Assembly (NCBI RefSeq): GCF_036321535.1
Contig: NC_087437.1
Coordinates: 84,012,001-84,076,000 of the forward strand
DNA: 64,000 nucleotides
Source: Camelus dromedarius
Taxonomy: Eukaryota
Direction of reading: 5' to 3'
Positions 1 to 13,873 of this stretch are shown one piece after another. Under the pieces are notes generated by a model, which did not search any database, had not been told where the DNA came from, and saw only the letters and a program-made list of their open reading frames with translations. Position numbers and translations under genes: made by a program. How positions within the stretch are numbered: the stretch's first letter is position 1; each line of letters starts with the position of its first letter.

Positions 1-3000
1 CCAATTAATTGATGTACCATCACGAACGTGTCCCTGATTTACCAAAGTTGATCCACTGTCCACCAAGTATGTGTGGAAGTATGTTCATATTTGGTGGGAG
101 GAAAGTGAAAGTGATCATCTGTACAGCAGGGACACTTTGTTGGAGTGACTGAAGTGGGGTGTGAGCAATGTCTTATATGAAAGTCAAGAGTAATGCACAA
201 AATTACTGTCTTTACCCAGGATACTCACATACTTTTTGTCTTCATTCAAGTTACAATTATTATTGGAATTCATAGTGCTTTTTCATCCAGACAGATATAG
301 TGAAGCTTGAAGTACTACAGTAACTGTTTTTGTATTGGTGTTAAGCCATTTCAAGATCTGAGGAACTCAGTTTGATTTCTCTCCATTTATTTTAGATTTT
401 TTTTTGTAATAAAAGGCTATTATGATAAAGGGAATAATAAAGGAAAATATTAAAGAGTGAATTCATATCTAATCTTCTTGAAAGTTATGAATGTTTGTTT
501 ATTCTTAGTTTCAACTCCTGAGGTTTAATTTGCTTTGAAATATTTCTTTGAACATTCAGAGTGCAAAATATTGCATACAAATAATGGAATCCTAACTTTA
601 CTATTATACTGTCGTAATGAAACAGGTGGCTAATAAATTAACCAACGGTATGCAATTTATTATTAACTAGGTTCAGTTCAACAATGCTATTCCCTAAAGG
701 CCATGTGTTTCTCATGAAATATGTTAAATGAAAAACTTCTTTTCTAACCTAGGCATAACCTTAGAAAAGTCTAGTGATAATTGCTATTCTGGGTTTCAAG
801 GAAACCATATGTGATTTGTCAATTTATTAAGAGAAAAAAATTTCCCAAAATAAATTTTCCCTTAAAGTAGAAAAAATATAAAACCATATACATAATTATG
901 TAACAAAATTATCAAGTCATACAAATATATTTTACATAATAGGCTTTGTCTTCTCTGATCACCTTATAAAGTCTCTAATGCTGATAGACACTTGGTGCTC
1001 TTAAAACTTCCTTTCAGATAAAAATAAATGTCTATTCTTCTCAAATGGCTGCTTCAGATCTCCTAGGAAAGATCCTTCTAATTTAAAAGTAAACAATGTC
1101 TCCCTCATTTGTTTCCCTTTGGTCTTGGTTCTAGGCAAAGCAACGCTTTTCAATCCTTGGGGTATATGGCTTCAATCTAAATACGTTTTCTTTTTGTTCT
1201 TTCTTGAGTTTTGAAAGGGATAGCTTACTTAAATGATAAAAGGAATGCTTGTACATGACCATATAGTCCCTGAATAGGAAGACTATGAGGTCTAAAACAC
1301 TCACACACACACACAGGTGCGTGCGCGCACTCTGATCAGCAGTAGAAAACTATCCAGCCAAAGGATAGTTAAGAGGAATTTATGAGAGACTGAAGTGTGG
1401 TAGATTGTACAGTAAGTTTCTCTGTTGATAATAACAGTAAAACTAAATTCTGTAAAATTTTGTTCCAAGAAACAGCTTATTCTGCAAGCATTGAGCGTGC
1501 ATATTCTGTAAGCACTTTTATAAGATTATCAACTGGCAGTGTTTTAAAAATGCATGTTAAATAAAACCACTTCAAAATCAGAAAATTAAGTAGAAAAAAA
1601 ATGCAGTAAGTGATTTTCCCAAGTTAATTAGGAAGACTGCAACAAAGTTAGAATTTAAATTTCAAATTCCTAATCAGATTCTATATATTTATGAGGCGTA
1701 CACGCATGATTTTTTCCCTGACATTAGGAAAAAAATAATAATTACATTTGTATATATTGAGCTTTGGTGAAGAGTGGAATGGTTTAGAAGCAAATCAATC
1801 CAAAAATATCTCAATATATATGTGTGGATTATAATGAATAATGGTTACATTTCTTACTAAATAATAAACACTAGCTAATCTTTATTTTGTCTATGACTAA
1901 CAGAAAATTTGTTTCTTTTTATATATTTGGTAACAAGGATTAAGTCATGCGTTCTTAGCATGTTACAGACAATTTAGACATGTGTCAAGGTTAAAAAAGC
2001 TATTTAAAGAAGGACCCAGAGTATAGTTAATTTTTAAAAAGAATTGTCAAGTAAGGTGGTAGCCTTCACACCACATTTAATTATTCACTAAGTTCTTCCC
2101 ATATCGTAGAAACAAGCAACTAAAAGTGAAACAAAATGCTGTGATTCCTTTAGCATAGTGGTAACTGTTATCTAATACTTGCCTGTGCTCATGAAAAAGT
2201 GCAGTCACAGCCACACTAAGATTGATTTGTGGGAGTCTTAACCTTTCATTTCTTTTAGAAATTAGCCATAAAACTTGATCAAAACCCATCTGTAGAACTG
2301 AAATTCCCATTACTAGGGCAAATTCAGGAGACAATGAGAGAAATGGAAATAAAATGCTTTGGTAAAACTCTGAACGATCAGATAAGGCAAATGTGGTTTT
2401 ATGTTTGGTACAAAATCTGTCAATGGATTTGGAAAAGGAATACAAATAGAATATAGTTGTCTTTAAAACTCCTTTAAAATGATCACTCAAGTCACTTTAT
2501 TAAGATGTCAAAAATGATGCAAGAATATTTGACATACAAATACATCAAGATGCTGTTGTCACAGCAAGTATAAAGCTATTTTAGAGCTAATCCCTCTCAA
2601 GAATGAACAAGGAAAGCAAACTTAACTGCTATTTGGTACATTCTCTTGGTGTCTTCACATTAGTATTATGTAAACTGTTGTTTTTAAAGTTCATTTATTT
2701 TACAATTACAGTAAGGAGAATAGAATTTTCATTTCTTAATCTAGAGCTAGATAAAACATTCATATCACATTATCAATATCAATAAAAATTGATATCAGAA
2801 GTAAAAATCAACCTTAATAGAAAGAAGTAGTAGTTGTTAATACAAGTGTTGATTAGAGAATGACCACAAATATTAGTTCAGATGAAAGAATGTTTCAAGT
2901 ATTTTTGTAAAAATTTTAATATGTATATTTTTTTGGAATATATTTTATTCCATATATGCATATATATGTATATGTACGAATATTATTTTGGAATATTTTT

Positions 3001-3835
3001 AGAGTATATAACAATTGGAATAAATTGTTTAATAATCATGTTTTAAAACATGAATGAAACAAGGTCACTTAAGTATTTGTTGACCAGTGAGAAAGAATTT
3101 GGTATTTTTATTTGGACAAGTTTATCTCATATTCTTGCAGATTTTTCCTAATAATTTAATTAAATTTTATAATTTATTAATAAGATTTCTATTTAAAAAT
3201 AAAGGTACAACCTATCTTATGACTTAATTATGTTAATTTATTGTACACGTTAGGTCTTTCATAAAGGGTATCCCTAAGTAGCTGATTTAATTTTTTGGAA
3301 TGATCATATCAAAGTACACTGATTATAAAATCTAGCCATAACTAATTTTTTACTTTACTTGGCCTTATAATTTAGTTAGATAATTTATAAGTATATAATG
3401 AACATCTAGAGAATACGTTTGTCATATTACCTCTATAAATAATGAGAAAAAATTTAAAAATACTCTGAATATTCTGAGCAAAAAATACTACATACCCAAT
3501 GTCTTATGCTTATTAATTATAGTCATGCTTTTGTGTAATTAATTAATATTTGACAAAGTAGAAATATTTAACCATCACTAACATCTCTGAAGTTTATTAT
3601 TAAAAGATGAATAGTGGTTGTGTTTTAAATTTCAACTGCGTGGCTAGATCAATGACTACCAGCAGTGGCTTATGGGATGGCAATATCCTGTAGATCAGAC
3701 AAGTTTTGGATGGATATACAGTCAAAATTCTCCCTAAACTACTACATCTAAGACCATTTAAATGCTAAGCATATAAACCATAAAATTGTTAAAATAAAAG
3801 ATGTCATTTATATAATTAAATGTGTACCTATCGGC

Positions 3836-3873
3836 ACCCGGCTAGCTCAATCGGTAGAGCATGAGACTCTTAA
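3836..3873 (+). pseudogene. 5'-half tRNA-Lys(CTT) tailless retropseudogene
   Basis: ACCCGGCTAGCTCAATCGGTAGAGCATGAGACTCTTAA versus tRNA-Lys-CTT GCCCGGCTAGCTCAGTCGGTAGAGCATGAGACTCTTAA (2 mismatches). It stops in the anticodon loop and is flanked by the direct repeat TTAAATGTGTACCTATC at 3816-3832 and 3870-3886. Confidence 0.9.
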
Positions 3874-5568
3874 ATGTGTACCTATCATTCTAATTATTGT
3901 ATTGGTATAAAAATTAAGGATTTTATGTATCTGTATTTCTTGGGATGAGAAAGAAATGCGTTGGGGATTTGTTTCTTCCAACTCAATAGCAACCGTAATA
4001 AATCATTATTGTAACAATAGGGTGAAATCTGGAATAGTTCACTATTTTTCATGTTACGTTATTCAGCACTTCTACTCCATAGTGCTGAACTGGCACTTCA
4101 GACATGAGTGCCCCCTTAGTGTATGGAATTGGCAGTCACATATTTGGAAGACGTTGTTTTTAGAAAAGCTGATTCAGCAGAGGAGTAGAGGTACTAACTG
4201 AAGCATACAATTTAAACATGTAAACAAAAAAAAAAGAGAGGAGATACAAAATAGGACTCATGGGTAAAGAAAAGGAAAAAAAGTAAATGAAAGATTAAAG
4301 GGAGAAGATGGTCTCTTAATAAAAGTTAAGATTACAAGAGAAATGAGAGCTCTTAACTGTTCTTAAACAAACAAGCTTCTTTCTCCCTGCAAAACCAGGG
4401 GGGAATCAATTTTAATGTGGAACTTGCAGAGATTTTTTTTTTATTCAAAAGTAACCAAAGGGCACAGATTTCAAAAGCTACTAAAACAATAATGATGAAA
4501 TATATGTTGTGGGAAAAATATTAACTCTGCTTTTATGCAAAGTAGGTATACAATGTCATGAAGAGTAAATATTAAATAAATTTATTTAAAAATTATAGGG
4601 ATATACATTTTTTATACAGGGATTTACTGGCTCAAACATGCATTCTCTATTACATGCTATGCAGTAAAGTAAGCAATGAGTAACAGAAACACAAAACACA
4701 ATTCTCGAAAACATTTTAAGAGTAGAAGAAGAGGATTATGAGATCATGGAATTTATTACATATCTAAGTAAAGACTGTAGTTTGGAATGTAACCTTAAAT
4801 TAGAGACAACTAAATTTGTTTTAGTTTTGTTTCTAGTTGATTGTTTGAATTGAAACTTGATGCTTTGCCTTTTTTAGAACTCAGTCTCATAAAATTTTAT
4901 TTATCACAAATAATATGTCATCAAATGTGGTTGGTTACTTAAAAATAATTTTTATTACTATTTTTTAATTATAAACCTTAGATTGCTTAACAATACTGAA
5001 TGTGTAACTGTCTACTGAGAAAACTATACCCTATCATTTTATTTGCTAATTTAATCATAAAGTTCAAGAAGACTGGCATAATTACATTATTCACTGAATA
5101 TTTTTCATAATTTATGAGATTTTTTTCCTATTTGTCTTAATGTCCACAAAATAATATTTTATATTTCAAGTATTAATCTATAAAATAGGACTAAAATTTT
5201 TCAAAATTAATTTGATTTGTCTTTTTTTGTATAATATAGACTAATCTACTTATATGCTTTTTTCTTTTTAATGTTGGTTGTTAGCTTGAAAATTCATATT
5301 CCAAGTCAGTAACGGAATAATGCAGAAAACATACAACAAGGCAATTTGGTTGTGGTAGCATAACTTAGTTTATTTTTTGTTGAAAATTAATCTGCCAATA
5401 GCATCCTTTGTTTCTATGATGGCTGATGCTAAATGTCTGAGTACTGACTGAAATTGTCAGTCTTTCAATAAAACTGCTGTAAAAAGCTGGATATGAAAAC
5501 AAGTCCCTATGTGAATACTGTAAATATCTTAAGAAATGTACTTTTAATGGGAAATATGTTCAATTTTT

Positions 5569-6093
5569 GAAATTGAAGTATAGTCAGTTACAACATGTCA
5601 ATTTCTGGTGTACAGCACAATATCCCAGTCATTCATATACATACATATATTTGTTTTCATATTCTCTCTCATTAAAGGCTATTACAAGACATTAAACACA
5701 GCTCCCTGAGCTATTCATAAGAAATCTGTTTTTTTAATCTATTTTTATACGTAGTGGCTAACATTTGCAGATCTCAAACTCCCAAATTTATCCCTTCCCA
5801 CCTCCTTTCCCCCAGTAACCACAGATTATTTACTATGTCTGTGAGTCTGTTTCTGTCTTGTAGATGATGTCATTAGTGTTCTCTTTTTTTCTTTTTTTAG
5901 ATTCCACATATGAGTGATACCATATGGTATTTTTTTTTTTATCTTTCTGGCTTACTTAACTTAGAATGACCATCTCTGAGTCCATCCACGTTGCTGCAAA
6001 TGACATTATTTTATTCTTTTTTATGGCTGAGCAGTATTTCATTGTTTAAAGATATCGCAACTTCTTTATCCAGTCATCTGTCAATGTGCATTT
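5569..6093 (-). mobile_element. 5'-truncated L1 3' end (lineage-specific type) with TSD
   Basis: L1 3'-UTR/ORF2-end motifs (gattccacatatgagtgatac, gttgctgcaaatgacattattttattc). 17-bp TSD aaat(a/g)tgttcaattttt at 5552-5568 and 6094-6110. Confidence 0.85.
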
Positions 6094-6379
6094 AAATGTG
6101 TTCAATTTTTTAAATGCTACATGTATAAACATTCTTTGGTTATCACAAGATAGGCTCATATACTGTCTTGGAACTCCTAATTGGCCACATACCACACTCT
6201 TGTCATGCATGCCGCATTATATAAAAACTTGGTGATATTTTCCAAATTTTTCTGCAATATTCATATCCTTTAAATTATTTTCAAAAGAGATTTAATCTAT
6301 ACATACTGTGAAAAAATTCAAACCCACTTTAAAGTTAGAAAGTTAAAAATAAGGCATTCTTTTTGTTTTACTTGATTTC

Positions 6380-6592
6380 TTTTTTCATTAACATTTTTTA
6401 TTGAGTTATAGTCATTTTACAATGTTGTGTCAAATTCTAGTGTGGGGCACAATTTTTCAGTTACACATGAACATATATATATTCATTGTCACATTTTTTT
6501 TTCGCTGTGAGCTACCACAAGATCTTTCCCTGTGCTATACAGTATAATCTTGTTTATCTATTCTACATATGCCTGTCAGTATCTACAAATTT
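6380..6592 (-). mobile_element. Young L1 3'-UTR fragment (same family as 23625-24063 and 62198-62409)
   Basis: Reverse complement of the gcacagggaa...tgtgacaatga...tttgacacaacattgtaaaatgactataac..aataaaaaa 3' end seen on the + strand in the other two copies. Confidence 0.85.
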
Positions 6593-8534
6593 CCTTATTG
6601 TACACTATGCTGTTTTGGGGGGTTGCTATCATAATAATGTTGTCAATGATTTGCCAAAAAGTTTCCAATTCTACTTTTTAAAGCCTGGATTGGTACTGAA
6701 TTTTGTTTGCAGATTTGGAGGGGTCCTTTAAGATGATAATTGTTTTCTCTTTTGAGTTAGTAATAGATTATCTGACATTGGATAGCTTTGCATTTCTGGA
6801 GTGAAGTAAACATTTAATTAATGATAATTAGCACTGCTATTCATAAGTATAATTCATCTAGTTATTTCTTTATATACTATTTTTAAGGCCTTGTGTAATG
6901 CTGGCTTGGATCAGGTTGTTTGAAAATTTTTCTTTCTTCTCTGTGCTCCATAAATGACAGAAATTGTCTTTTACTTAAATATGTGAAAAAATTCAACTCT
7001 GACAATACCCAGGGCTTTGATAAAATTTTCAGTTTCATCCAAGTTTGTCTAGTGTTATTTCTTCATACTTTGAAAGGATATTTGGTTTTCTTAAGAAATC
7101 ATGAATTTCCTCCAAATTTTGAAGTTTGATATCAATTATTATGATGTACTATGTTAAATTATCTCTTTTTCTGGGCTTATTTCCTCAATTTAATTTTTAG
7201 TGTTTTCTCCTCTGTTATGTAGAAGAAAATTCACTTGCAAATTGTTGCTGTTTTCAAAATCAGTCATGGAATTGGTTTACACACACCAGTGTTCCTTCTG
7301 TTTTCAAATATATTTTGGGGGGCTTTTTGTCATTAATTCTTTATTTATGTTTATTTTCTTATTCTTTTCTTTCTAGCATTTTGATTTTGACATTCTCCAT
7401 TTTTACTTGATCACTCCATCAGATTATACATCTAGGTTATGCATTTCTGTTTGAGATAATACAGAAGAAATGCTGAAATCTCATCACTAAAAAAAAATAT
7501 TGAATTCTCACATCCCAAGGCAATGCCCATTCGCCTTGACTGGTGATGACAACTTGGATCACTTTATTCAAGTGTTATCTATTTTATCCATAATCTAGTT
7601 CTTATTTTCCCCTTTTTAATTAGTGAGTAACTTGGGAAGAATATTCTTTGAGATCATGCAAACATATTGTTCCCCATCACATCACTCCTATCCCCAGGAT
7701 GCAGCCTCACTGTTAATTCTTGCTTGAATATACTTTTGCTATGACTACAAGATGGTAATTTTCTAAGTCTTTCATATCTTCTATATCTTTTAGAAGACAT
7801 TCTACTGCAGAAAGATTTCACTTTCCCTTATTTATTTTTTTTCACTTCCTTATTTTCTCATTTATTTGTTCACTTTTATTGTCAGTATAGATTCATCAAT
7901 TATTATTTTATTCAATAGGTGATCATCTATTGCTGACCATATGTATTTCAATGTTCAAATTGGTCCCACAATTGGCCACTGCAGTATGTACCCATGCCTT
8001 ATTCTGTTCTTTGCTATTTTTAATTAAGTTAATAGTTCTGTAGGAGAGCTAGTCTGGAGAAGTAGTACAATACAGCAGGTAAGAATTGTCAAAGACAACA
8101 CTGAGTTGGACGCACAATTAACAAAGGCTATTTATTCATAAACTGGCGGCAAGTGAACCTATTTGCTGTATTTTGGCAATGCTTCTAAGATGTTAGAAGA
8201 GAGAGTGTAAGTGCTATAGAATAAAAAGAAGAAATCTTGAGACAATCTCTGATCAGCAAGCATAATATTAAGCATACCTTGGCTGCAAAGGTATAAACAA
8301 ACAAATCGGAATCTTACAAAACAGAAATGATTGTTCTGAGTTAGAGGTGAGGGTTTTTTTGTGGTGGGACATTTCTTGAAACAAGTAGTAGTCTATGGAA
8401 TGCTTTTTTTTTGTGCAAACTGTCATTAACGGCCCTTAAGAGAGTGGTTCTCAGGGCAGACAGTTTCTCAGATCACAAACATAATTGCAGCTTCCACACT
8501 CACCAGCTGTGTGATCCAAGTCAAGTAACAAAAA

Positions 8535-9004
8535 TGTGTTGGTTAAGCTGATTTCCCTATATTCTTTCTTTAACATCTATGCCCTGTTAGATACCCTAGA
8601 AAACTAACCCATATGAACTACAACACCAGAGCTACCTTGACCTCTGGATTCTAGGTGGGTTTCACCTATGGGAGGCATGGGTAGGGTAGGGAGCAAGAGG
8701 AGAGACATTTGGGATATTTCTTCCCCTTTGTTCTGTTCTTACCCCTCCAACAGCGTTTGGTGGCTGCATTTCTCTACAGTTACAGCTCCAGTGTCACAGC
8801 CTCAGTCTGAAGAAGCAGAGTTCCTCATTCTCCTTAAGCCCCCAAGGTGATGGTTCCCCACTAGGCTGGAGCCTTAGATCTCACTATCCTGTCCATTATC
8901 TTAATCCTGCCTACCCCTCTATAAGCAGTGCCTTCATTAAATTCCTTTGAAAAGCTACCCCTCTTTAAATGCAACACCTGGTTCTTACCAGAACCCTCAC
9001 TGAC
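8535..9004 (+). mobile_element. Old ERVL-class solo LTR (LTR33-like) interrupting a MIR
   Basis: Resembles recalled LTR33 motifs (ccttgacctctggattctaggtgggttt...ccttcattaaa). MIR core halves on either side (~8490-8530 and ~9012-9150). Boundaries approximate. Confidence 0.55.
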
Positions 9005-11419
9005 TTAGAGCTCACTTGTGCCTCAATTTATTCATCTGTGAAATTAGGATAATACTGTTACTATACTCAGGCAGGTTGTGAGAATCACATGTGTTAATAC
9101 ACGCAAAATCCTTAGTACCTGGCCCGTAGAAAGCACTGAGTAAATCTAACTAATAATGATGATAATGATGTTGAATATACTGTTATTATTACAATCACAA
9201 TTTATTTCATTTGCCTTATAATTTCAGCCCCTTCAGGCTTCTTTTTCGGTATTTTATGAAATTTTCTATAGTGTAGGGTGAAAAATGATTGGAAGCAGAG
9301 TGAGAGTCTGGGGCAATAGGTACACTTAATTAAGAAGGTTGAGAATTTGCTCTCCCTTAGCAGTACGACAAAATGTCTAAACTAACTTATAAAAAGAGAT
9401 ATGCAAATACAAATAAAAATAATGCAAATTAAAATACAAACTAAAATGGAATGCCACCCTTCTCTTTGGCATATATGCTTCCTTTCCCCCAAGAGAAGTT
9501 GTAAGTTAATTGTATTAAAGTGGATAATTCTAATAAAGCAGTGACATTAAAACACACATACACTTTGAATTAGTCATTGCAATTTAGCTCACAACTTTAC
9601 AAACTGAAAACAGAACTCTCCTTCTTTTTTTTGGTAGCACCTTCCGAGTGTCATCTGATAACACTAAACTCTCTTGCCTGGGAAGAGAGGAGACATTTTC
9701 CTTCACTGTGTATGATTTTCTTGGGGCAGTTTAACTTTCCCTCTTCTGCCAAGTACAAGTATGGGGCACATTCTAGGAATATCAGGGTCTTTATTTTGTT
9801 TATTTGAACCGTGATAGTACTGATGAAGGAAAAAAAGTTGGAGCTGAGTCATATCAACAATAATGCTCTGAATGTCTACTTTTCTAGATCCTAGACTGCC
9901 TTAATTCCTATCCTTTCTTAGATTCGTAGTTCAATTTTTCTTAATTTCTGTGAGATCCCTATTGTAGCTTAAGTTAATCAAAGTCAATTTCTTTTGTTTA
10001 TAAACAACCCTGATAAAAAAGTTACTTAATTTTAAAATAAGGCAGAAATTGCCAAGTGACTGAATTATGATAAAGATATATTGATAAAAGACAAAAGTTC
10101 TCTAGTATACAGAGAACAAATTGCCAACTCTGGATTTACCACCTGTTAAGTTTATCATTTGAGATGGGGAAATGGAGTCAAACTGCTTGTCTTGCAGGAC
10201 ATGCTTATTATGTTCATAGGTACATATCAAAGGGTGATAGAGATTTAACTCGACTCCACCTTTGAGAGTGAATTCCAGAAATGCTTTAGTATTCAAACTT
10301 GCCCTAATGTTTGTATAAAGCATGAAATTCACAACCTTAGGAAGAGATATATAAGGAAAACATAAATATTAAAATAATTTAAGAACATGTATATTTGATA
10401 GACCTCAACTGTATAAAGATACAAAGATTGTTGATAAAAAGTCCTAAAAATCATACATGTGCTAGAAGAGACCATACAAATAATCTAGTTCAACCTCGTG
10501 AAAAAGCACAGAAAAATAAACTTCCTTGAGAAAGGTCAAGATAAGTCAAAATCAATATAGATAGGAGAGCGAAAGTTGTAATCCAGGTATCAGTGAGTCT
10601 CACCATGTTTACTGTGTTTCAACTGGTGTTTGCTTGTTAATCCAATAAGATCCTTCGGTTTGCTAAATAACAAAAATTATAATGGTTGAGCACGTACAAT
10701 GTGCCAGGAACTGTTTGAGAATTTTATTGATGTCACTGCATTTAATCTTCACAGCAATCCTTCAAAGGGGACACTATTATCAACCCTTATTTCACAGAGA
10801 GGAAAATCCTGCAGTCTAGGTACTTTGCCAACCTTTAGATGAACACTTTCATAATTTCATCTTTCAATTATTTCAAAATGCTTGGAAGCATACAATTTAT
10901 TCATGGTTATTTCTACTCTATAATGAGATTACCACCACCTATTTGATCTAATCTCTCTGACCTTTCTCCTTCTAAAGAAAATTTGGGAGTGAAAATGTCA
11001 CTCATGTCTTCAGTAAAAATCTACGTTAAACATTTACTCTTTGCTATCTTCTTCCATCCTTGAATCCACCTTGATCATAACCAGTTTTCATTGATTCTCT
11101 GCTTGGCTTCCTGCCTGTGATGTATTATGTAACTAGATTTGGACTTTCTTGTAAAGTGCTCTTTGGTTTCACTTAAGCCTTCCTTGATTTTAATTTGCAC
11201 TTCCCCTGCTCTGACCTGCTTTGCTTTATAGGTTTCCCCGTTCTCCTCACTTGAGCGATCTGACAGCATTCAAAAGATGCCTGTGAGGGCTCATTTTTTT
11301 GCTTAATCACACTTGCTAGGGTGACATTTTCTTTTTATAAAATAGCATACCTTTTGCAGGGGAGTTTTAATAAGATAAAGTTTGTAAAAAATTTTTTTCT
11401 AACATTCACAGAGCACTGG

Positions 11420-11692
11420 TTTGTTTTTGTTTTAATTGAAATACTGTCAGTTACAATGTATCAATCTCTGGTGTACAGCACAAAGTCCCAGTGTTGCATA
11501 TACATACATATATTTGTTTTCATATTTTTTATTAAAGGTTATTACAAGATATTGAACATAGTCCTCTGTGCTATACAGCAGAAACTTTTTAAAAAATCTA
11601 TTCTTATATATAGTGGCTAACATTTGTAAATTTCAAAACAGAAACAGACTCGCAGACATAGTAAACAATCTTATGGTTATCAGGGAAAGGGG
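11420..11692 (-). mobile_element. L1 3' end with 5' inversion (same family as 5569-6093)
   Basis: 11420-11637 aligns to 5570-5778. 11638-11692 is the reverse complement of approximately 5800-5856. Confidence 0.8.
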
Positions 11693-12334
11693 TTAAACCA
11701 ATGTTAATAAGTCATAAATTATATCTATAGATTAAAAATAACATATTTCTCCTTCCAAACAAATATTTTAAGAACAGATTGAAGGAAACCACAAACCCAG
11801 GGTGGTTATTTTGATCCTTTTCTTACTTTGTGATTTGTGTGTTCTCATTTCATGACTTGACTATTTAAGAGACATTCTAAAATACTTAAAGAGATGAACT
11901 GAGAAGTTAAAGCAGCTATTGGGTCTAAACTCTCATTTTATTTTTTACTGTATATGCTTTGAAGCTTATGACAAATCAAAATAAGAGAGAGAATGACATG
12001 AATGCTTAATGAACATCCTTTAAGGAGCAGCCATTGATTTTCTGTTACTTATGAAAAACTGAAAATGTATATGACATTAATTGGCTTAATTTAAACTGTA
12101 TAAAAATGTAAATATTGTATGAATTATAAGAGAAATTCTGGTGGACTTTTTATCTTTAAAAACCTTTAAAGTGATTTAAAGACAGAAGGCACACAGAAAA
12201 AGGCAGTAAAATATTTAGCATGGATTGATATTTTTTATTTTAACGAACTCAGGAGACAAATCATAGATTTGGTGATTAAGGCTGCACATGCAGAATGTGT
12301 CCATCCAGAAGCTCATTCATTCTACCACCACATC

Positions 12335-12465
12335 AAACTATTTGTATCTGGGTTTGCCTGGGACAATCCAGGTTAATGCCTTGTGTACTGGTATGATTAT
12401 AAATAGCTTCCTCTTTCATTTCAGAAATGCCCCAGTTTGGATGTAAATTATATTGGTCAATTTAG
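12335..12465. mobile_element. hAT-Blackjack MITE relic (MER94/MER81-like)
   Basis: ggtttgcctgggacaatcc...ccagtttggatgtaaattatattggtca resembles the recalled consensus. Confidence 0.55.
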
Positions 12466-13813
12466 TCCTTGACCACCTATCATCTGGCTTTTACTAATTG
12501 TCACAGATGAGGGGATTAATGAATGCCTGGATTTCCAAATATGAAATATGCTCTGGAAGGGCTATATATGTCATTTGAATCCTCAGTGGTCCCTGTATTT
12601 AGGCAACCATAGGGTTTGGGTAAATTAAATCATTAACTATAGACTACTTTTTGACTCTGGGAATTCAGGGAATGCCCTACAGGCTCTCTGTTTTGCAGTG
12701 ATATTTACTGCATATGTTCATAATAATGTGCACTTGTCTATGAGTGAAGAAGTTAAAAAAAGGAGTAGAAAAAAGCATTCTGAGCCTGCACTGGAGACAT
12801 TCTACAGAGGAACTGTACTGGAGAGTATTGTGAACTCTCTAAACTTGGCAACCGTGCTGCTGAGTTTCAGTGGTTAGGAAAACTGAACTAAAGTATGATA
12901 TATTTCTGCCTTGTTTTGGCTATAGTAACATGACCTAATTCAGTTACGCTATGAAGTTTTGAATGCATTTGTCATAAAGGCAGAATGGAGTTCTTCAGAG
13001 AAATTATGTTGTCTAAGGCAAATATGACTGACTTAATAAGAGGAAGTATATTCTCTTTTGATGAGAAAAAAATACAAATGCAATAACGTACCCTATAGCA
13101 AGCCAAGATGACACATATCATTAATTTCTGGCAAGATTGCTAACATGCTTTAAGCCCAGAAAGAGGTCTTGGGAGGATAAAAAGATTTCTTAACCAGCAG
13201 GGGAAAAAGTGATGAAAGTAATTCCCTGAAGGAGATTCTTTATCAACATATTCTTGGGCTCCTCTTTGGCAACGTAGCACTAGAGAAGTAGAAATAGAAT
13301 TAGTAGGAGAATTTATAGGAGAGATAATAGGAATAAAAATGTTTACAAAATATTTTCCTTATTTTTCAAATAACTTCTTGGAACAATTTTTCTTTCGCTA
13401 ATTGTAAAGTCTGTAAAATCTAAATATTGATACTGTTAAATTCTATCATTATTTTTAGCCTTTTCTGAAAATTACATTCCTATTGACAATGCTAAGGCAA
13501 CCCAAACTCAAACTGTGGATTCACAAAGTATATTCTATGTCCCGGCAACACTGGATTGTGAAATTAGCAGTGAATTTAAATATCTACAAACTTGAATAGC
13601 CAAGTATTTTAATTAATAAAAGACAATTACTGAAATAATAAAAATTCAAGATCATATTATCAAAAAATGAGAATTAAAATATTTGTGTGTGTGGGTGCAA
13701 TGACTAACCATTGCTTTTGTAATTTTTCTATTGTGTTTTGGATTACTAAAACTTTACTGCTTCTAGATCAGACAGAACTTGCCTACTGTTTCTTCAAAGT
13801 TACTTAATGGCTT

Positions 13814-13873
13814 CACACACATACAAACACACAGACACACACAGACACACAGACACACACACACACACACACA
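13814..13873. repeat. (CA)n / CACACAGACA compound microsatellite
   Basis: Direct reading. Confidence 0.95.

Noticed and set aside
2077..2490. 137-aa minus-strand ORF
   Set aside because: Non-ATG start, no recognisable domain, and no similarity to the next EphA exons; consistent with a chance ORF.
3836..3873. Functional tRNA-Lys gene
   Set aside because: No 3' half, T-arm/B box or terminator, so it cannot fold into a cloverleaf.
8040..8440. Possible additional LTR fragment
   Set aside because: LTR-like in appearance, but I could not match a family or find termini or a TSD.
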